Source: a virus (taxonomy: Duplodnaviria > Caudoviricetes). From it: a DNA stretch of 41,255 nucleotides. The translations under genes were made by a program, and so were the position numbers. The notes under the pieces are model-generated. The model did not search any database and was not told where the DNA came from. It worked only from the letters and a program-made list of their open reading frames with translations. Position 1 is the stretch's first letter, and every line of letters begins with the position of its first letter. Where the stretch lies: positions 1 through 41,255 of IMG/VR virus record IMGVR_UViG_3300030099_003815; one strand, written 5' to 3'. This document shows positions 36,240-41,255 of this stretch, in pieces.

Positions 36240-37071
36240 TGCTAGAGGAAAAAAGGTAGATACAACCTACCTTTCTATAGACAATGCCGAGGAGCGTGGG
36301 TTTCTACACAGAGACTATATTGCTCACTGTCTACGATGGTCACATGTTGTAAAGTATCTTGGCACAAGCCAAAGATATAAATCAGCGCGTGTCCTCGATG
36401 TCGGCTGTGGCAAAGAGATGCCACTATCGAAGCTGCTGCACTCATCACGTATGGGTACAGCGTGGTATGGCGCTGTCGATGTTGCACCACTGGTTACACC
36501 AGAGCAATTTCGTAATGCATCATGGAAACCACACAAACTATGGTCAAAGACCGATGTCTGCACACTGACACCAGATGATTTTGAGGCACCGCCTACAGCA
36601 ATCGTCTGTTTTGAGGTTGCAGAACATGTCGAGCCAGATCATTGTCGTCGTATGCTCGCTAAGTTTCATGAGCTACTCGAAGACGAGGGTCGTGTCTTTA
36701 TCAGTACACCATGCTATGACGCTCATACCGGTGCTGCTGCAAACCATGTCAATGAGATGACGTACCAAGCATTTGGTGCTGCACTCGAAGATACAGGTTT
36801 CAGGATCGAAGGTCACTGGGGCACGTTTGCTAGTATGAAAGACTATAAAGACGAGCTCACGCCAGCACAACGTGAGGTATGGGATCAGTTACGCGACTAT
36901 TATGACACTAACTACCTGTCCACTGTGATGGCACCACTCGTACCGCAGCATAGTCGTAATGTGCTGTGGCAGTTAACCAAAGATCAATCATTGCCAAGAC
37001 TATTTCCTAGTTTAAGAGATGTCGAAGGTATATGGGGATCATCAGAAGAATGGGAGAAACTATGTCCCTAA
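36232..37071 (+). CDS. Class I SAM-dependent methyltransferase (small-molecule type)
   Basis: VLDVGCG (motif I), YGAVD, IVCFEVAEHV, GRVFISTP, NHVNE; no PC or (D/N)PPY DNA-MTase motif. Confidence 0.88.
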   Translation: MANARGKKVDTTYLSIDNAEERGFLHRDYIAHCLRWSHVVKYLGTSQRYKSARVLDVGCGKEMPLSKLLHSSRMGTAWYGAVDVAPLVTPEQFRNASWKPHKLWSKTDVCTLTPDDFEAPPTAIVCFEVAEHVEPDHCRRMLAKFHELLEDEGRVFISTPCYDAHTGAAANHVNEMTYQAFGAALEDTGFRIEGHWGTFASMKDYKDELTPAQREVWDQLRDYYDTNYLSTVMAPLVPQHSRNVLWQLTKDQSLPRLFPSLRDVEGIWGSSEEWEKLCP

Positions 37072-37460
37072 CAAGCGACATACGTGAGTTCCATGAAAAG
37101 TTCGGGATGGAGTATGAGGGTAACCCTCGCAAGCTCTCTCCCGAGCTTCTCGAGTTTCGCGTTAATTTTATAAAGGAAGAGCTGCTGGAATATCTGCAGT
37201 CAACTACATTGCACGACCAGCTAGACGCTCTTGTTGATTTAACCTATGTTGTATTGGGCACAGCATACTTGCAAGGCTTTCCGTTTGAGGAAGCATGGGC
37301 AAGAGTGCATGCAGCCAATATGAAGAAAGTAAAAGGCCCATCAGAACGGTCAGATAAATTTGATGTAATAAAACCAGAGGGATGGGAGCCACCTGATTTG
37401 ACTGATCTATGTGGTGAACAAATGGAGCTGTTTGATGATAATAATACTAGACGGTCCTGA
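37062..37460 (+). CDS. MazG-like all-alpha NTP pyrophosphatase
   Basis: EFHEKFG, IKEELLEY, DALVDLTYVVLG, VHAANMKK, KPEGWEPPDL; ATG 37062 has a GGAG RBS. Confidence 0.88.
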   Translation: MSLTSDIREFHEKFGMEYEGNPRKLSPELLEFRVNFIKEELLEYLQSTTLHDQLDALVDLTYVVLGTAYLQGFPFEEAWARVHAANMKKVKGPSERSDKFDVIKPEGWEPPDLTDLCGEQMELFDDNNTRRS

Positions 37461-38421
37461 TGGCACTGGTAAGACAACCCTTGCAAGACGCATGTGCGAC
37501 AAGCTAGATGCTGAGTACCTGCATCTTACATACAGGTGGAAAGACCGCATCTTTGATTATCACACTGCTGCTATACGTTATGCAGCAAGACGTAACAAGC
37601 CAATAGTCATTGACAGATGGTGGCCGTCTGAAGCTGTGTATGCCAAGGCATATCGCGGTGGTAGTGACTGGCCGTTACAAGGTCGTATGTGTGATCGTGT
37701 TGCAAAAAAGTTTGGCGTGATTTACGTGTACTGCTTACCGGATGACATACAGTCTGCAGTCGCAAACCACGCCGAGTTAAAGCAACAAAGGGAGGAAATG
37801 TATGAAGACATCGAAGCTGTTGCTGATTTGTATCTTAAACTGTGGAACGGTGAAAGTACACACGAAGATAAGGACCAGTACATAGATCAAGTCATACGTA
37901 CCGGCGGCATGCAGGATCACCCTGATACACTGTGCTATACAATATCAGAGTGGGGTCATTGCATGGATCTATTTATAGAGCGTATACACGGCTTGTCATG
38001 TGCCTGGCGCGGCTTGCAGCTTCCTGAGTTGCTTGAGTACAAGAACTGGAATATGCTAGGTCATGCTGCTTGCTCTGCTTACCTGATTGTAGGCGAGCGT
38101 GTCAACCCTAAATTTCGTGAGTTGTATTGGCCATTTTATGACTATGGCAACAGCAGCTTACACTTGACTCAAGCCATACATGCGCTTGAGCTCAAAGAGC
38201 ATAACTTTATGTACGCAAATGCATACAACCATGATGGCTCGCCTAACTGGCTTATCGACTATGTCATGTCTGCGTATGATAAAAAAATAATAACACTTGG
38301 CAAGCTAGCAGAAGAAGCTATGTCAAACTACGATATACATGCAGCACTGCCGCACCCTTCGTATGCAAAGCGGTTTGGCAAGGTTGACATGGTGGAGGTA
38401 ATGAAACATGCGATCTGTTAA
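37435..38421 (+). CDS. dNMP (thymidylate-kinase-like) kinase fused to a UDG-superfamily-like domain
   Basis: IIILDGPDGTGKTT P-loop and VIDRWWPSEAVY; C-terminal LIVGE...PF...ANA...IITLGKLA...LPHPSY. Confidence 0.8.
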   Translation: MIIILDGPDGTGKTTLARRMCDKLDAEYLHLTYRWKDRIFDYHTAAIRYAARRNKPIVIDRWWPSEAVYAKAYRGGSDWPLQGRMCDRVAKKFGVIYVYCLPDDIQSAVANHAELKQQREEMYEDIEAVADLYLKLWNGESTHEDKDQYIDQVIRTGGMQDHPDTLCYTISEWGHCMDLFIERIHGLSCAWRGLQLPELLEYKNWNMLGHAACSAYLIVGERVNPKFRELYWPFYDYGNSSLHLTQAIHALELKEHNFMYANAYNHDGSPNWLIDYVMSAYDKKIITLGKLAEEAMSNYDIHAALPHPSYAKRFGKVDMVEVMKHAIC

Positions 38422-39181
38422 TGCAGAATGGTATGCAGCACTTGATGACATCATTGCTCATGGCGCTAGCATAAAACCACGTGGCTTATCATGTCTTGAG
38501 TTATGTGGCTATCAAACCGTAGTCGATATGGAACACCCTATCTTGACTGTACCAGGCAGAAACATTGGCTATAAGTTTATGGCTGCTGAAGCTGCGTGGA
38601 TACTATCAGGTGATAACCGTACCAGTACAATAACGCCATATTCTCGTGAGATTGGTGGGTTCAGTGATGATGGTATCACTTATCATGGTGCGTATGGGCC
38701 CAAGATACGTGATCAGCTGCACTATGTAGTTGACTGTCTTGGCAAAGATCCTGATACAAGACAAGCAGTAATAAATATCTGGCGTGAAAATCCGCCAGCA
38801 ACCAAGGACGTGCCTTGCACGTTGTCTTTGCAGTGGGTAATACGGGAGGATACTATTCACTGCATCGACACAATGAGGTCATCTGATATATGGCTTGGCT
38901 GGCCCTATGATGTATTTAATATGTCAATGATAACCCGTTACATTTTGTTGTATTTACGACAGGTACACAGCAGGACCTATAAACTAGGTACATTAAGATT
39001 GACTGCCGGATCACAGCATTTGTATACAGTAAATCAGTCGGCTGTCATAAAGCTGCTGACTGAGACACGCGTTACAGACCATGTTGATTGGCGGCTGCCA
39101 TTATATGATCTCAGTGGACCTGATGCCTTGACTAAATTTTTATGGGAGTGCGCAGAACATGGTACGCTCACGTCCCTGTAA
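38408..39181 (+). CDS. Thymidylate-synthase-superfamily pyrimidine C5-modifying enzyme (dCMP hydroxymethylase/methylase-like)
   Basis: AEAAWILSG, AYG, DTRQAV, KDVPCT (catalytic Cys), MRSSDIWLGWPYD, GSQHLY. Confidence 0.85.
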   Translation: MRSVNAEWYAALDDIIAHGASIKPRGLSCLELCGYQTVVDMEHPILTVPGRNIGYKFMAAEAAWILSGDNRTSTITPYSREIGGFSDDGITYHGAYGPKIRDQLHYVVDCLGKDPDTRQAVINIWRENPPATKDVPCTLSLQWVIREDTIHCIDTMRSSDIWLGWPYDVFNMSMITRYILLYLRQVHSRTYKLGTLRLTAGSQHLYTVNQSAVIKLLTETRVTDHVDWRLPLYDLSGPDALTKFLWECAEHGTLTSL

Positions 39182-39728
39182 AGATGAGTACTTTCTCGCC
39201 ATGGCTGTTCTTGTTGCGGCTCGTGGTACATGCGCTAGGCGTAATGTGGGATGTGTTCTTGTGGATAGTCGTAACCATGTATTGGCTACTGGCTACAATG
39301 GCGTGGCTGCTAATGTCACCCATTGTATCGACAGTCCTTGTGCTGGCGCACAGTTGCCTAGTGGTACTGGACTTGAAAAATGCGAAGCGATCCATGCTGA
39401 GCAAAATGCTATATTGCAATGTCAAGACGTATCGTCTATTGAGACGGCGTATATTACAACAAGTCCGTGTCATACGTGCACGAAATTATTAATGAATACT
39501 GGCTGCAGCCGTATCGTCTTTCTCAAGGCGTATACTGATGAGAGCCCAAAAGAATTATGGAAAGGAGAATGGTATGAGCATGGACCAATTAAGTATGTTT
39601 TTGCCCAAAGCGGATTGGAAGCCGCCGACCGACCTGCCAGACTTAAGTCAAGCAAAGGTAATATCATTGGACGTGGAAACAAGCGATCCAAACTTATTGA
39701 CATCTGGTCCTGGTGGAGTAAGAAATGA
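39159..39728 (+). CDS. dCMP deaminase
   Basis: TCARRNVGCV, ATGYNG, HAEQNA, SPCHTC Zn motifs. Confidence 0.92.
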   Translation: MVRSRPCKDEYFLAMAVLVAARGTCARRNVGCVLVDSRNHVLATGYNGVAANVTHCIDSPCAGAQLPSGTGLEKCEAIHAEQNAILQCQDVSSIETAYITTSPCHTCTKLLMNTGCSRIVFLKAYTDESPKELWKGEWYEHGPIKYVFAQSGLEAADRPARLKSSKGNIIGRGNKRSKLIDIWSWWSKK

Positions 39729-41255
39729 TGGCAAACTCGTCGGAATCTCAGTATCAACGGACACTGGTTTTACAGGTTATTTCCCCATCGCTCACGAAGG
39801 AGGAGATAATCTTGACCGTAACAATGTCCTCCGATGGGCACGCGACACCTTTGGAGGATCCCAAACTAAGGTTGGAGCAAACCTGCTCTACGATCTTGAA
39901 TGGCTTAGGGCTGAAGGGATACAAGTTAATGGCCAGCTCAGAGATATACAAGTTGCCGAACCCCTAATTGATGAGGAACGTGATGGAGGATATAGTCTTA
40001 ATAATCTTGCTAAATATTATCTGTCGGTAGAGAAAGATGAAAAGCTATTACGCGATGCTGCCAAGTCATTTGGTGTAGATCCAAAGGGCGGCTTGTGGAA
40101 ACTACCTGCCAGGTATGTAGGCCCGTACGCAGAGGCTGATGCACGTCTTCCACTAGAGATATATGCAAAGCAAGAGGTGATCCTCAAAGAGCAAGGCTTA
40201 TGGGATATATTCGAGCTCGAGTCTAGATTGCTCAATGTTACACTAGATATGAGGTTCAAAGGTGTACGTATTGATATAGATAAGGCTGAAGTACTAAATG
40301 ATACTTGTCTGAGCAAGGAAGCCAAGCTGCTGACTGCCATACGAGATGAGTGTGGTCATGTAGTCGAGTGCTGGTCTGCTGACGACTTGTCGAAAGCATT
40401 TGACAAACTAAATATCTGGTATCCACGTACACAGAAGGGCAACCCGTCTTTTACTAGTGACTGGCTTAACGTACATGAGCATGAGTTTGCTAAGAAGGTA
40501 GCTGAGTGGCGTAAACTAAATAAGATGAGACGTGACTTTATCGAAGGTATCTGTCTCAAGCAGCAACACAATGGCAGGATACATGCACAGTTTCATGCCT
40601 TGCGTAAAGACGCTGATGGTACTCGTACTGGTAGGTTTAGCTCATCAACACCTAACTTGCAGCAGATACCTGCGCGTGATCCATACTGGGGGCCATTGAT
40701 ACGTGGTTTATTCTTGCCTGACGAAGGACAGCAATGGGCTTGCCTTGATTACAGTCAACAGGAACCTAGAGTCTTGATGCATTATGCTGCCTTGCGTGGC
40801 TTGAAAGGTGCACAAGAAGCAGTTGATCAGTACAACGATGATCCTGATACTGACTTCCACCAGATTGTAGCTGACATGGCAGGCATCGAGCGTAAGCAAG
40901 CAAAGACTATTAACCTTGGTATGTTTTATGGCATGGGTATATACAAGCTAAGTACTGAACTAGGTATGCAGCAGTTCGAAGCTAAGCCTATCTTTGAGCA
41001 GTACCATAGTCGTGTACCATTTGTGCGTCAGTTGGCCCATGAGTGTACACGTGCAGCCAACAGCAAGGGATACATAAAGACTTTACTAGGCAGGCACAGA
41101 CATTTCAATATGTTTGAACCAGCTGACAGTAGAAACACATGGCCAAACAGAGAAACACCATTGAACAGAGAAGCTGCAATGGAAGTGTGGAAAGGTAGAC
41201 CGTTACGTCGATCGTTTACACACAAAGCCCTCAATGCTTTGATACAAGGCAGCAG
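39574..41255 (+). CDS. polA: Family A DNA polymerase with 3'-5' exonuclease (N-terminal part; ~628 aa with 1..306; absent from ORF track)
   Basis: Own translation from ATG 39574 (AAAGGAG RBS): ExoI LDVET, ExoII ANLLYD, ExoIII YAEADA, TGRFSSSTPNLQQIP, motif A DYSQQEPR, motif B RKQAKTINLGMFYG. Confidence 0.95.
   Translation, partial: MSMDQLSMFLPKADWKPPTDLPDLSQAKVISLDVETSDPNLLTSGPGGVRNDGKLVGISVSTDTGFTGYFPIAHEGGDNLDRNNVLRWARDTFGGSQTKVGANLLYDLEWLRAEGIQVNGQLRDIQVAEPLIDEERDGGYSLNNLAKYYLSVEKDEKLLRDAAKSFGVDPKGGLWKLPARYVGPYAEADARLPLEIYAKQEVILKEQGLWDIFELESRLLNVTLDMRFKGVRIDIDKAEVLNDTCLSKEAKLLTAIRDECGHVVECWSADDLSKAFDKLNIWYPRTQKGNPSFTSDWLNVHEHEFAKKVAEWRKLNKMRRDFIEGICLKQQHNGRIHAQFHALRKDADGTRTGRFSSSTPNLQQIPARDPYWGPLIRGLFLPDEGQQWACLDYSQQEPRVLMHYAALRGLKGAQEAVDQYNDDPDTDFHQIVADMAGIERKQAKTINLGMFYGMGIYKLSTELGMQQFEAKPIFEQYHSRVPFVRQLAHECTRAANSKGYIKTLLGRHRHFNMFEPADSRNTWPNRETPLNREAAMEVWKGRPLRRSFTHKALNALIQGS
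41155..41255. repeat. Terminal overlap with 1..101
   Basis: 100/101 identity to the window start. Confidence 0.95.

Noticed and set aside
36232-37071. Restriction-modification DNA methyltransferase
   Set aside because: No PC (C5) or DPPY/NPPY/SPPY (amino) catalytic motif and no cognate endonuclease.
36232-39728. 7-deazaguanine, 2-aminoadenine (Z) or glycosylated-base pathways
   Set aside because: No FolE/QueCDE/DpdA, PurZ or glycosyltransferase motifs were recognised anywhere in the genome.
39725-41234. Short track ORFs (39725+, 39754-, 40017-, 40356-, 40708-, 41028-)
   Set aside because: Shadow frames of the polymerase gene, which the track missed because it has no stop before the window end.
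41155-41255. 101-nt end repeat as a biological direct terminal repeat
   Set aside because: It falls mid-polymerase and simply restores the reading frame, so it is best explained as circular assembly overlap. The single synonymous mismatch suggests population variation or a read error.
1-41255. CRISPR array, tRNA, integrase/attP, phage RNA polymerase, stop-codon recoding
   Set aside because: None recognised by eye; genes tile compactly under the standard code with TAA, TAG and TGA all used as stops. A tRNAscan/HMM run would be needed to exclude them formally.

Overview
Essentially a complete, circularly assembled ~41.15 kb tailed-phage genome; the last 101 nt repeat the first 101 nt and the join falls inside the DNA polymerase gene. 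Morphogenesis genes are podovirus-type (T7-like portal, tail tubular A/B, internal virion proteins), but there is no phage RNA polymerase, integrase or tRNA. A marine proteobacterial host is my inference from the gene content. The + strand carries early genes (33.4-36.2 kb), a nucleotide-metabolism operon with a family A polymerase (36.2-41.2 kb into 1-306) and a replication block (nuclease, SSB-like, AEP primase, UvrD-like and SNF2-like helicases; 0.3-7.1 kb). The - strand carries packaging, head, tail and lysis genes (32.6 to 7.1 kb). Two systems stand out. (1) A compact pre-replicative base-modification operon: SAM methyltransferase, MazG-like NTP pyrophosphatase, dNMP kinase fused to a UDG-like domain, a thymidylate-synthase homologue with the dCMP-type Asp, dCMP deaminase and PolA. 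It suggests a modified, possibly undescribed, pyrimidine. (2) A 1174-aa internal virion protein carrying a HipA/PI3K-like kinase and an R-S-E ADP-ribosyltransferase, i.e. a candidate injected dual-effector. Non-coding signals include seven sigma70-like promoters sharing a TTTACA-like -35, a perfect 23-bp inverted repeat 1.3 kb apart, two Shine-Dalgarno sites bridged by hairpins, and a structured capsid leader. All calls come from motif recognition by eye; no searches were run.
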